Source of the DNA: Octopus vulgaris
Lineage: Eukaryota
Reading direction: 5' to 3'
Assembly (NCBI GenBank): GCA_951406725.2
Contig: OX597823.1
Coordinates: forward strand, 72,726,001-72,790,000
Length of the DNA stretch: 64,000 nucleotides
Below, piece after piece: positions 26,888-39,371 of the stretch. Position 1 is the stretch's first letter. Every line of letters starts with the position of its first letter. Both the position numbers and the translations under genes were made by a program. The notes under the pieces are model-generated. The model was not told where the DNA came from, did no database searches, and saw nothing but the letters and a program-made list of their open reading frames with translations.

Positions 26888-27420
26888 TTTTTTTTACGAG
26901 CTGTGGCCATGCTGGGGCACCGCCATTCGGTGTTGCTACATGATTTAACTTCATGAATGTTTTTTAGCAATTGCCATTTGGTGCATGAGAGAGTTCGATG
27001 CAGCTGCCCTCATCTGCACCTCCTGTCGTGAAGTTGGTTCATCTGGGACACCTGACAGGAAGAGGTCCAGTTTTATTTTAAAGACATCTGCATCCACCCC
27101 ATGCAGGTCTCTCAGGTCCTTCGGGAGGATATTGAAGAGCTGTGGACCTCTGAAGCCCAAGCTATCACAGTATCAAATTTGCAGTCCTTGGCACTATGCA
27201 GTGACGCTCAGTTCTAATATTTGTGGAAACTCTCGATGCCTAAGGTTGGGACAAGTCCTTCCAGGATCTTCCAGATGTATATTATGGCATATCTGTCATA
27301 TAAGGAATAAAGTCTTAATCTCTTGAGTCTTTCCCAATAGCTTATATGCTGCACATAGGCTATCTTCTTCCTCTAGCTTCGTTGGATCGCCTCAAGTTCT
27401 GTGAATAATTTGACACTGAA
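26888..27420 (-). mobile_element. CR1-group LINE 3' end (second subfamily)
   Basis: Minus strand ELEAIQRS*RKKIAYVQHISYWERLKRLRLYSL...GFRGPQLFNILPKDLRDLHGVDADVFKIKLDLFLSGVPDEP..AASNSL, followed by a 3' UTR ending ggcggtgccccagcatggccacagctc and an A-run. Confidence 0.85.
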
Positions 27421-27510
<90 letters not shown>

Positions 27511-28422
27511 TATCTGTGTTTTTGTGTGTTTCTGAGACATATTATCAACTTTGCTCTATACATACTCTCTTGAGTTTTATATAGTTCTGTTCTTTTGCCT
27601 GATTACAAAACTTTTGTATTCAGCATGAATTTGTCTTCATTAACAATATAAGAGGCCTTGTTTTTCTGACAAGAGGAGGCATATATCGAAACAATCAAAC
27701 GCATTTAATGCATAATTTATGTTATAGGCCATAGATTCATTCTTTGCTAACATATTCTGTTATAAAGGACCTTTATATGTGTTTACATATATAGGTATTC
27801 AAACAACAATTCGATATACTCATGCATTTAGCATGTCATTAACTTAAAACGTATGGCATATATATTTCCTCATCGTTTGTATAAATCTATCAAACTAATA
27901 TATAATTATATATCTCTCAGCTGAACATAACGCCTGTTATTCTCTGTCCAGAAAAAATTCTCCTTTATCAAATTCATCCGCTCCAGCTAAAAGCTTCACG
28001 TGAACACTATACAGATATGAATGAATATATACATGTGGTGTGTGTGTGTGTATGAAATGAAATATACGTACAGAGATGCAGAGTTGATGGATAGTTCCGT
28101 TGAATATCTATATTGGTAAAACTGTTGTAATCGACCATATTGAAGTAAACAGACGTAACGCAAGAATGATTCTCAGCCACTTTAGATATTCGATCATATG
28201 TGTAGGAAAGCACAAATAAAATGATAAAATATAACACTTTAAAATGTGTTTCAGTATGTATTTCTACTGTTATGAAGAACATACATAAATATACACGTAT
28301 TTGCGTCAGTAAAAATATGATGCACTTTCTATAAAGAGTTCGCCGAATGTGAGTTTCTGTTTCGAAAATACTTCCAACTAAATTACATATCTATGTATCT
28401 ATATCTCACTAACGATCTGCCA

Positions 28423-28423
<1 letters not shown>

Positions 28424-28510
<87 letters not shown>

Positions 28511-28523
28511 GTATGTCTGTCCG

Positions 28524-28567
<44 letters not shown>

Positions 28568-28664
28568 ATCTATTTATCTACATAACTAGCTAGCCAGCTA
28601 TCTACCTATCAATCATTCAGTCAATACATCTATCTGTTTATCTATCTATCTTTTTATCGATCTG

Positions 28665-28705
<41 letters not shown>

Positions 28706-28706
28706 A

Positions 28707-28757
<51 letters not shown>

Positions 28758-28780
28758 ATATCTATCTATCTATCTATCTA

Positions 28781-28810
<30 letters not shown>
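28424..28810 (+). repeat. (TCTA)n compound tetranucleotide microsatellite
   Basis: Two long ATCT arrays with degenerate spacer units, ending in (TA)n. Confidence 0.95.
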
Positions 28811-28815
<5 letters not shown>

Positions 28816-31800
28816 TTTTATAGTAATGAAATAAGCATAAATCATAGCTTCTGAATTTCCTTTGTTGTCCTACCTCGAAATGAATACAATCGTGACGTTT
28901 TATATTCAACGTGACACTTTCATTTTTTGTTTGAAGTCGTAAATAGCCAAAAAAATAACACAAAAACAAAATATGCATCATCAAAATGCACAATTCGTAA
29001 TTAGAACTACTTTGGCACAACTTTTGTTTTTAACATTAAAACAAGTTACTTTCAAGCTTCGACGTCAAAGAAATCTATAAGTACACTTCTTGACATTTTA
29101 AGTAATTTTTCAAACATTTCCTTATGGCAAACAATTCAGACATTTTCCCCTGGCAAACTTATAATAAGCACATGTAAAATCTTTGTGTATTAACAAGATG
29201 GAGGCAAAATTTCAGGAAATGTGCAAGTTTCACTTGTTTTGAATTAAAATTGTATATACTAAGTTATAAAACTCAGTTTTTCACCCAATAATATTTTTCC
29301 GAACGTGACAACACTATTTTCATATTCGGGACAAACGGCTTATCTAAAATTTAATATATCGTACTGTCAAAAACAGTTTGTCGCATTTTCTTAACCAGTG
29401 CTGTTTGATTATGCGTACTATTTCAGCGTTCTGGTGTTTTCTTCTATATATTATTTTTAATCTTCTACTTTTTTCTATGGAAAACAGTACATTTACCACA
29501 TTTTGTTTTCTAACATTTCCAGTGAAGCTTAGTGTTTTGTTGCATAATGTATTGCAATTGTTTCTTGTTAAAATGACATGTTGAGGTGGTGGAATACTTC
29601 GTCTTAATTTAATTTCCCCGTTTGTAAAGAATTTTATATAATAGCATTGGTTAGTACTTTATATCAAGAATTATAGAGTATAATATTATATAGTCATACA
29701 ATATTCACCAGCTATTTGTTGCTAGTCTTTTTTTAGATTTTGTTTCTCTCACTCAATATATCTCAGCCATGTGTGTATGTATTTGCATATCAAAAGTAAA
29801 TGTGTGACCAGTTTACTGTAATCCCATAACATATATATACTACAAACTTAAATGGACACTGCTACAAGGATCGCCTGCATACAACAGGAATGTGATATTA
29901 ATCTCTCCACAGTAAAATTTCCAAATCTATAATATAAACGACCATAGAATTTTATTATAAACTTTGACTCTGATACAAAGTTCCTGCAATGCAGAAAGTA
30001 AAATGATGGTGATGAGGAAGTAAAGACGACACGTTTAATACTGTACCTTTAAAATTTGTATGCACAATACAATTCATGAAGTGCAATAAATACAACTGAA
30101 ATATTCCCTCTCTATAAATAGTGTTATAAATGCATTAATGTTTTATTACTCCATTTCAATTCGAGTCTCAGGAATCCGGTTATTAAACTCAAAGAAATAA
30201 TAATACAGTCATATCAAGAGAGAGTCGTACAAAGTATCTATACATACGTATGTATGTCTGAACATAACCTAGTGTAGTCCCATTTCTATGAATACTGTAA
30301 TTTTAGCATTTACTTATCAAATTTCAAAGTCATTGTGAAATTACACAAATTTCAAAGTCATTATCTGTGATATTTCTTATAATTCATGATGACATTATAG
30401 TATATATCTGACTTCCTACATCTCAATATCTTCCAACTAATAGGGCGGTACGATACGATGTGCATCATTTCTTAAGCTGCACAAATCACGCGTATCTGGC
30501 TAACCTCTGATGTCCTTTTATCGAGGCAGTATGCAACAGACGTTTTGTGAGTGTATGTTTTAACAAATGGGGTAACGTACAAGAATAATATCTATTTCAT
30601 AATGGACATTTTGGCAAATTGATATAATTATTTTGTACAATGTAAATCAATTAAAAACAGAAATCGGTAAAAGCAACATGGAATCTTAGGAGAGCCATTT
30701 GACACTCGTAAGGTATTTTAGTTCGTGCTCTTCCTATAGGCTTCAGTTTCAAATGAATTGAATATAGAATATTTTATAAATAAACAATTAACCGAGAGAT
30801 GAAAAGGGGAAATTCTTTACTTAAAATCGAATATTTCTTATATAACGGATTTCTGTTGAAAGTAATAAAACATAAATTGTGTATAATATACATTTACGCG
30901 CTCACATAGACACAAACATAAAAAAGATGCACAATGAAACACACACACGTATACACTGACATATACATTTAGAAATGTGTTGCTATTTTATGCTTATATG
31001 TTCATTATATAATTCTCTACTATGCCATTAATTGTTTGCTCCGTATTTAATGTAAAGCATTAATCGTTTGCATCGTATTTAAAGTGTCTTTCAATTTTCT
31101 TGTATTGATTTGCAATAATTGTAAGATGTGACCACAAAAGGCAACGTTAAAAGTTGTTTTAAAGATTTGCATTTCGGCTATTATGAGTTTCCTTTTCATG
31201 AGACATATCGTTAAATATCCCCTAAAAACTTCTGTAAGAAACCTTTGTATATTCACCTATAAAATTGCTTCTGTAGCATACTCTTATGGAAGCAGTTCTG
31301 ATTTATTGTTTATTTCCTCCTCGAATAACCTTTATGCAGTTTGGAAAATCATGAATAACAAATGCACTCTTCTGTGGAACTGTCAGAAAGAAAACAGGAA
31401 TTACACGTTGATACAGCCTTTTAATCTAAATTTACTGATCGCAGAAATTACTACCGACAGGAGAAATAAAACAGTCGAAATATTACCATTCATCACCATT
31501 CAATAAACACATGTAAATTATTGAGAACGTAAAACGAACTGTAGAAACGACGTCTAACCATCTAATTTTATATACAACCATAGCTTTTTATTAGAGTTTA
31601 GATTTTATAGATCATACACGAACTTTAAAACATACACAATTTTTTATGCAATAAATATATTTTAGTGCTTCATTTTAAGCTTACTTCGTTATACACTGGT
31701 TGACAAAATTCCGAATTGCAAAACAAAAACAAACAATCTGGACTGAGATGCTTTTGATATGTAGGTGTGCATTCTTAGCGATATGTTAAGTTTTTATTTC

Positions 31801-33355
31801 CAATTCCAACTTACGTATGTATTTGGTAATTAATAAAATCCTTGTTTCCTAAAGAAAGTTTTTCATAGTATCGATTTTCAAGACCTGATGTTTTTCCTTA
31901 TTTAAGAAAAAATAACCCAGAAAGATCCATTAGTGAAATTATATGTATGTGTATTTACCGGTTAAAAAATGAACAAACTATTCGAATTCCTGAATAATGT
32001 GATTAAATTAAAACTAAGAGAAGAAAGCATGTAATCAATTATCCAAGATAATCGATATACCGATATTTGCACACAGAAACTTTCTAAATAATCCATAAAC
32101 TGATTATACACGCTGTGTAGTACAATCATTCACCCGATCAAATGCTTTCTTTATTATTTGCTAATGTTTGAGCTTTTTGTCTCCTGGGACGAATTTGATG
32201 TGTTGAAATATATGCAGAGGTTTATTTTAGAAATAAGCTAACTGTTTTGAAGTATAAATCTTAATATGTAAATATCATTTTCATTGGCAATTGTAAGAAT
32301 GCCCAAAATATTACAAGAATTTCATTGACATAAAATAAATGCGTTTGTGATTTGTTGTAATTTTAGTTTACAATCTCTTAAAAATATTGTAATATCAAAA
32401 ACCTTAGAAAAGAATGTTTCTTTCACAACGTATACTAAATAGTTGGATTTTAATAAATCTTTCATAATAAACCCACAAAACCGTGAAATTTCAACTGTTT
32501 TTTTTTTACATAAAATACTTATTCTCCTATAGTATTCTCACATAAAACACTTCCTCCAACATATGTAGACTTATTTACATCTTTTCATAGACACATAGAG
32601 AGCAATACGTTTAAGTGAGTGGCACATTTAGGAGATACAAAATAATGTATGGTGAGTATTATTCTTCAAACAATACAGAAATATCTATTTTATATAGTAG
32701 TTTACTAATCTCATAGAAATTACCCCAATCACCTGCAAATGATGATCTACCAAATACCGTTAAAATTATTTTATATCTCACTATTGAGTTTATATAAAGA
32801 TTCATATCGTCCGGTTATTTCGTATCATGATCTAACGTGTAATATGATTCGGATACTTAGACTTGAAAAAAAACTTCACCGTGTCATAATTCCATGTATA
32901 CATACATACATGTATGTGTGTATCTGTGTGTGCGCGCATGTGGGCGTGCGTGTGTGTGTGCGTGCATGTGTGGGCGTGTATGTGCGTGTATGTGTGTGTG
33001 TGTATGTGTGTGTGGATGCATATATAATACAATATGCTGAATTTTGAGAAAGGAGTATTGCCAATATCAATTGCAAAGCTCCCAATTTATTTTCATTTCT
33101 TCTCTTTAAGAGATACCTACATTCAGCTATTTGCGAATCGCCTCGTTCTGTGGTGTTGGTGAGAAGTTAAACACTTCGAAATGAATTCAGGCACGATCCC
33201 ACTATAGGGCCATCTGAAATGACCATGGTGATTTTATACTCATTTGTTAATAGCGAGAAAGCCTATCTATAGCATACAGCATCGAATAGACTTTTGACAG
33301 GCTGAAAATATGTCTAAAGTATATTTCAACTGTTACCATGTTTATACACACACAG

Positions 33356-33393
<38 letters not shown>

Positions 33394-33471
33394 CCCTCAC
33401 GCACACACACACACACACACACAACGCACACATCACACACATGTGTATGTATGTGTGTGTAAATATATATA

Positions 33472-33598
33472 CAGGGGTTGGACAAAATAATGGCAACACC
33501 TAGCATCATATTATCATAGTTTTGAAATATCTATAAAACCGTCAAAATCTTGTTTATTTTTGTTTTTTGAGTGTTGCTAAATACGTTTTGCTAAAATT
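33472..33598 (+). mobile_element. Tc1 left-end (TIR) fragment, same family as the 36.5-kb element
   Basis: TA|caggggttggacaaaataatggcaacacctagcatcat...gttttgctaaaatt aligns with 36470-36609. Confidence 0.8.
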
Positions 33599-33633
33599 AA
33601 GATCAAAATCCATGAGAGACACTGCCTTGGTAT

Positions 33634-33639
33634 TTATTA

Positions 33640-33701
<62 letters not shown>

Positions 33702-33823
33702 GTTGTTGTTGTTGTTGTTGTTGTTCTTTTTCTTGTTGTTCTTGTTGTTCTTGTTGTTCTTATTATTATTACTACTACTACTACAATTAATACTACTCTT
33801 ACCACCACTACTACTACTACTAC

Positions 33824-33873
<50 letters not shown>
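33634..33873. repeat. Compound trinucleotide microsatellite (ATT)n-(GTT)n-(GTTCTTGTT)-(ACT)n-(AGT)n
   Basis: Read directly from the sequence. Confidence 0.95.
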
Positions 33874-34034
33874 AAACAACGATATCGTTTCCAGATTTCC
33901 CATGCTGACACCAACCGATTACAAAAGTAACCATCATAGAGTAGAACAGTATTTACATTGGAAAATATGTAAAATCTACAAAAAGTGTTCCTGCTGGTAA
34001 AATATGTAAAGGAATTTGACCAACTCAGAAAGGT

Positions 34035-34210
34035 GGTGGTCAGTCAATTACATCAACTCCATTGTTGAACTGTTACTTATTTTATCGGCTCTAAATCGAT
34101 GACGGGTTTAGTCGACCTAGGTGGAATTTAATCTCAGAAAGTAAAAGACGGGTGAAATGCTGCTAAGCATTTTTTCCGGCGTACTACCAATTCTGCCAGC
34201 TCGCTGCCTT
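34035..34210 (-). mobile_element. tRNA-derived SINE family B
   Basis: The reverse complement starts aaggcagcgagctggcagaattggtagtacgccggaaaaaatgcttagc, like the head at 55254. Confidence 0.8.
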
Positions 34211-34231
34211 AGCAACAACAACAACATCGGC

Positions 34232-34293
<62 letters not shown>

Positions 34294-34303
34294 TAATAAT
34301 AAT

Positions 34304-34822
34304 GTGGTTCTCATGGCTTCTGATCTTAACTGATTGAAAGTGTTATCATGTACATTGTTTTGTATTGGTATAAAAGATGGGCTACAACAAATATTCTGCC
34401 CAATACCACAGATTTCCTTGTCAGTTGTTAGACCTTAACCAGTTGAGCATGCCCCTTAGTGACTGATGATATGTGCATCTCTGATCATGAGCAGAAGTAG
34501 TGGGGGAGTATCATAGCCATTCGTTGGGGTTTTAATAATTCACCTCTGGAAACATGGGTGTTTTGTTCAACATCCTTAAACAACCCTTACTCAGGGACCT
34601 TTTGAGCAGGATGGGTTACTCGACCAGAGGAAAATTGTAACTGGGCCCCACCTACAAGGTCATGTGTTGTTTATCTTGATATGAGATCATCATGTCACGC
34701 ACATATGGTTGTGATGCATGTGCCTGGTATACCCTTATCAGACGAGTAGTCATGATGGGTATACTGGGCTTCGTATATTTTACTCCAGTGTCACTTTGAT
34801 GACATGCACTGCTCTCTCACTC
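34304..34822. mobile_element. (AAT)n-embedded non-coding element, copy 2
   Basis: Collinear with 8250-8774. AAT arrays lie at 34232-34303 and 34823-34879. Confidence 0.85.
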
Positions 34823-34879
<57 letters not shown>

Positions 34880-34881
<2 letters not shown>

Positions 34882-35138
34882 AAATAATCTAAAAACAGAA
34901 ACAATTCCTATCATCGTGGATGATAAAGAAAAACATTCAGACAAATACAAAACAAAAACACCAAGACTAAGAAAATAACATACAGAAAATAGCACTACCA
35001 GGCACTACACACGCCCTACTTAAAACGCTTCAATACAGTAACCATAAGAGCATCACAGCAAACCACAGCACATGTCCAAAGCACACAAAGCTGCGCTCGG
35101 TAGTGCAGTGAAAGCTCGTTATACAAATAAGGCTACTG
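34880..35138 (+). mobile_element. R4/Dong-like element 3' end with complete 3' UTR and AAT tail
   Basis: NLKTETIPII..., then gctgcgctcggtagtgcagtgaaagc..ctactg(aat), closely matching 62175-62442. Confidence 0.85.
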
Positions 35139-36469
35139 AATAATAATGATAACAACAACAACAATAATAATAGTTATAATAATAATATTTTTGCTTTCTT
35201 TATTTCTGCTTTTGTCCTTGCTTTTGGAAGATGTATTTTTACTTCTTTCTCAGAGCGTTGAATTCATTCAAGTATCAATACATGGACATTTGTTTAGAAT
35301 ACTTGCCAAAGAGAATTTTTTGCTTACACAGTTTTACCAAATACGCATAACATTTCAAATGCCAAGAGAACACTGCTGAAATAAAAACTGAAAGAATTAA
35401 ACAATGACTGTGATAATCATTCTTTAGTATAAGAAATAGTATCTCGATATTTCTAAGAAGTAATTTCGAACTTGGCGCACAGAAACAAACATGAGAAAAG
35501 GGGTTTTATAATACTTTTACTAAATGTAACCTCGACTAAGACAATTTGTAGAATCTACACAATTCTCGGAAAATACTATTTGTATGCACGTGTGAAATTT
35601 TAATAGTGAGCGCCGTTGATGCCGCCGCTGTCATGTGAGGTTGTTTTCATCTTAAGAGGCAGAGAAAAACAGGCTAAGAAATACAAGAAGGGGAGAAATT
35701 TCCCTCAAGGCGAGAGAATCGCTGAGAGAGATTTTATTTATATTTTTTGTATATTTATCTTATTATGCGAGTAGATATTTCTATATAGTTCATTCTTTTT
35801 TGTGTTTTGTATGTCCTAGTAGCTGCAAGCAGATGCAGATAAATTCATTTCACTCTGATTTGGAGCTTGTCAATGCATCCCATCTTGTATGGATTGACTA
35901 CAACCAAGCTGTAACACTAATCAAATTCAGAGAAATAAAATAAGATATCTCTCGTTAGAGATGGCGATGTTACAGAACTGTCATGAAATTGATTCCCTCA
36001 TGGCCTTACACGGCATTGTGAGAGAAATTCTCTATTACTGAGAAATTATGTTATAATAGTTTCTTTTAAAAATATTTAAGCACTATTTTAATCTTATTTT
36101 CATAAATGAAAGTGCTAAAGTTATATGAGTGGTCTGTACTTGAGATCAACTTGAAGATTTGTAGCAATACACAACAGTATGGAAAGTGCCTGAGTTTAAC
36201 CTTTATGTCGTTAGTAAACATCAGTTTTATTGAAACACTCGAAACACAAGTGGACTTGCGATATTTCCTTCACAGAAAACTGCTGGCCTATTTTGTAGTG
36301 ACACTGCATCAACTTCATCAATAATACCATTGGTCTCACCGTGAATACATAAAAGAATATATCATAAAAGGTCTTGTTAAAAAGAAAATAGAATTGTTTT
36401 GATAAGTAATAATCGGATGCTAACAGCGACAAATGGTTTAATTATGATTTGCCCTACACTATATATATG

Positions 36470-37709
36470 TAGGGGTTCTAAAAATTAATGGAAACACCAG
36501 ACATCATAGTATCATAATTCTGAAATATCTTTAAAATTCGTCAAAGTTTGTTTATTTTTATGTTTTCTTATTTATTATTAGTGTTGCTTAATATGTTTTG
36601 CTAAAATTGCTGTTTCTTTTCAGATATTATCAGTAAAAGGTAATTAAAATTCATTAAAATAACGGATCTATCGGAATTCCAAAGAGGGTTAAATTGTTGG
36701 TACTCGTATGGCAGGTGCTAGCGTAACGAAAACAGCCGAATTGTTTGGTGTATCAAGAAGTACTGTCTCGAAAGTAATGACAGCTTTTGAGAAAGAGGGG
36801 AAAACCTCATCGTCGAAACAAATCTCCGGAAGAAAACCAAAATTTCAGATAGCGACCTTCGGAATCTGACGTGAATTGTTAGAAACCATCACAAAATACA
36901 GCTCCCAAAATTACTATAGAGCTTACTTACCACCTCAAGAACCTGGTCTCCACAGAAACTGATCACTGGGAACGGCACAAAGCCGAATTTCACTGGAGGA
37001 CTGCAACTAGAAAATCACTACTTTCGAAAACAAACGTTGCAAAGCGTTTAGTGCGGAGAAAAAACCTACAGAACTGGTCCCTAGAGCATTAGAAGAATGT
37101 TATTTTCTCTGACGAGTCATCCTTTACGTTATCTCCAACCACCGGCCGAGTATACGTGTGGAGACTGCCAAAAGAAGCATTTGACCGGGACTGCCTACTT
37201 CCAACTGTTAAACATGGAGGAGGATCTGTGGAAATCCGGCGGCCCAATGGCTTCCCTTCATGACAGAATTAATAATCAAGACTATTTAAGCATTTTATCT
37301 GAGCAAATTCATCCTATGGTTGCGGAACTGTTTCCGGAGGTAAACGCAATCCTTCAGAATGATAATTCACCAGCTAAGGTGTTACAGAATGGCACAAGGA
37401 ACATTCTAGTGAAGTTGAACATATTATCTGACCACGACAGTCACCAGATCTCAATATTATTGAACATCTATGGTGCATTTTATGAAAACACATAAGGAGT
37501 CGATATCCTCCACCATCATGACTACAAGAACTGGAGACCGTTTTAACTGAAGAATTGACAAAAGTTCCTTTGGAAAAAATTCAAACTTTGTACGAGTCTA
37601 TACCTCGTAGAATTCAAGCTTTAATTACTGCTAAAGGCGGGCCTACCCTATATCAAAATAAATTTGTTTTAAATTTTAAGGTGTTTCCATTATTGTCTCC
37701 AAACTGCTA
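36470..37709 (+). mobile_element. Full-length but decayed Tc1-like DNA transposon
   Basis: TIRs taggggttctaaaaattaatggaaacacc / ggtgtttccattattgtctccaaactgcta enclose a broken transposase. Confidence 0.9.
36659..37653 (+). pseudogene. Tc1-family DDE transposase pseudogene
   Basis: Across frameshifts and stops: DLSEFQR..IVGTRMAGASVTKTAELFGVSRSTVSKV..SGRKP..VIFSDESSF..VYVWR..PTVKHGGGSV..LQNDNSP..QSPDLNIIEHLW..LYESIPRRIQALITAKGGPTLY. Confidence 0.9.
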
Positions 37710-37915
37710 GTAGTTGAGATACCAACTTTCCACATAACTCTGCAACCCTTGCCAGCATAAAACCTAGACGTTAAGTGAAATGTGAAAAGAAAGTTTTGAG
37801 CTTATATATGTATATAAAGTTAATACACGTTTGTCTAACTATTTTTCTATACAAAAAAATGGGTACAGGTTATAAGAAGTGAAAGGCCGTGCGTAGAGAA
37901 CACACACACACACAC

Positions 37916-38410
37916 AGGCAGCTTGAATGTTGTATGGGCTCTTCTTTGACCTGTTAGAAATGTGGCTGTAATTCCAGAGGATGCAGCTGCCAGAGCAATC
38001 TTCTTCTGTCTCACCTTGGCTAGAGGAGGTTGATAATCAATGCCTTTCCTGTAACTTCAGGAGCATCTAAGAAGAAGACCCTACAAGTGTTATTGTCCAC
38101 AGATGTAAGAACTTGCCAGTATACCTCCTTTTCGTCCTGTACCAAAATTGGTTCCTTCTCATTGACAACTGCTTTCAAACTCTCCATGTGTGATATTTCC
38201 CTGCTTATCTCTTGTGCTAATCTATGTCAGGAACGGAAGACCACAGATTTCAAGTTTCTTTCCACCCAGTGATTGAAACTTGTCGTCTATTAATCTTAAT
38301 GCCTCACTGAAGATATCATCACTGAAAGTATCATAAACCGTCACACTGATACTGAATTCTTTGAAGAATGTCCTCAGAAAGACCCTCCTTTTTCGTACCA
38401 AAATTGATTT
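37916..38410 (-). mobile_element. Helitron RepHel fragment (PIF1-type helicase motifs I and Ia)
   Basis: Minus strand ..SEDILQR..FSDDIFSEALRLIDDKFQSLGGKKLEICGLP...FFLDAPEVTGKALIINLL(fs)LAKVRQKKIALAAASSGITATFLTGQRRAHTTFKLP. This matches Helitron FFLDAPGGTGKT..ASSGIAATLLxGGRTAHSxFKLP. Confidence 0.85.
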
Positions 38411-38419
38411 CGATTTGAC

Positions 38420-38728
38420 AATCCACCAAAATCTTCACGAGTTCTTTTCTTATCAGAAGGATAAGAATGAGTTTTTCTAGCTGCTACACGTTCGGAATAA
38501 CCATTAGACCCATCTAACTCTTTCCGAATATTCTGCACTGTCCTTAGATTGACACTCAAACACTCTGAAATGTTCGTATTTGGGCTTCCGGCGCGAATGC
38601 CAAGCAGTACAGCTTGTCGATTCTAAACTTCTGGTAGAGGGAATTGCGTCATTGTGCTATTTTTCTCAAAGGCCGAGACTATCTGACCGTACTATTCTAT
38701 ATGGCGACAATTTACCCATAGCACCCTG
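38420..38728 (-). mobile_element. Tc1/mariner-superfamily 5' end (TIR plus N-terminal HTH of the transposase)
   Basis: TA|cagggtgctatgggtaaattgtcgcc terminus. From 38652 on the minus strand: MTQFPLPEV*NRQAVLLGIRAGSPNTNISECLSVNLRTVQNIRKEL..RKTHSYPSDKKRT. Confidence 0.7.
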
Positions 38729-38802
38729 TATGTATGTATATGTATATATGTGTGTGTGTGTATTGTGCGTGTGTGTGTGTATTGTGCGTGTGTATGTGTA
38801 GA

Positions 38803-39255
38803 GCAAACAAGTAACAAGGCTGTATCAGTGCATTACGTTCATTTCAAACGGTTCCATTTAATCGAACAATGCAAACATTAAATTAATTTGAAAGAAACCG
38901 CTCTACTCAGGCGTATACATCATAGAGTTTCTGCAACAATAATAGTAAAAACAAGCAATGTAATTATTTTAGTCTCTAGTACTGAGGAAACATTTACTAA
39001 AAAATTATAATGGAGTATCCTGTATGTGGGAAATCTATATGGTTGTATGAACCCGATGAGAGCAGTTTAATTCAAATTGATGTAATGTTTATATTGATCG
39101 ATTAAATGGAGCCGCTTGGAATGGCTGTAATATATTGATACTCGGACATCTTTGTTACTTATTTAGTTTTTGTTCACCTAACTTCGAGTTGTGCGGATAA
39201 AATCGCACTCAGTTGGTGCCTCAACTTAAGTACTTAATTCAACTGAATTTTACTT
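38803..39255. mobile_element. Fold-back element family FB-A copy 2 (opposite orientation to copy 1)
   Basis: ggtgcctcaacttaagtac (39215-39233) is an 18/19 match to the reverse complement of gtacttaagttgaggtacc (1662-1680). Inverted arms lie at ~38803-38930 and ~39030-39165, and the element abuts (TA)n. Confidence 0.7.
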
Positions 39256-39256
39256 A

Positions 39257-39371
<115 letters not shown>

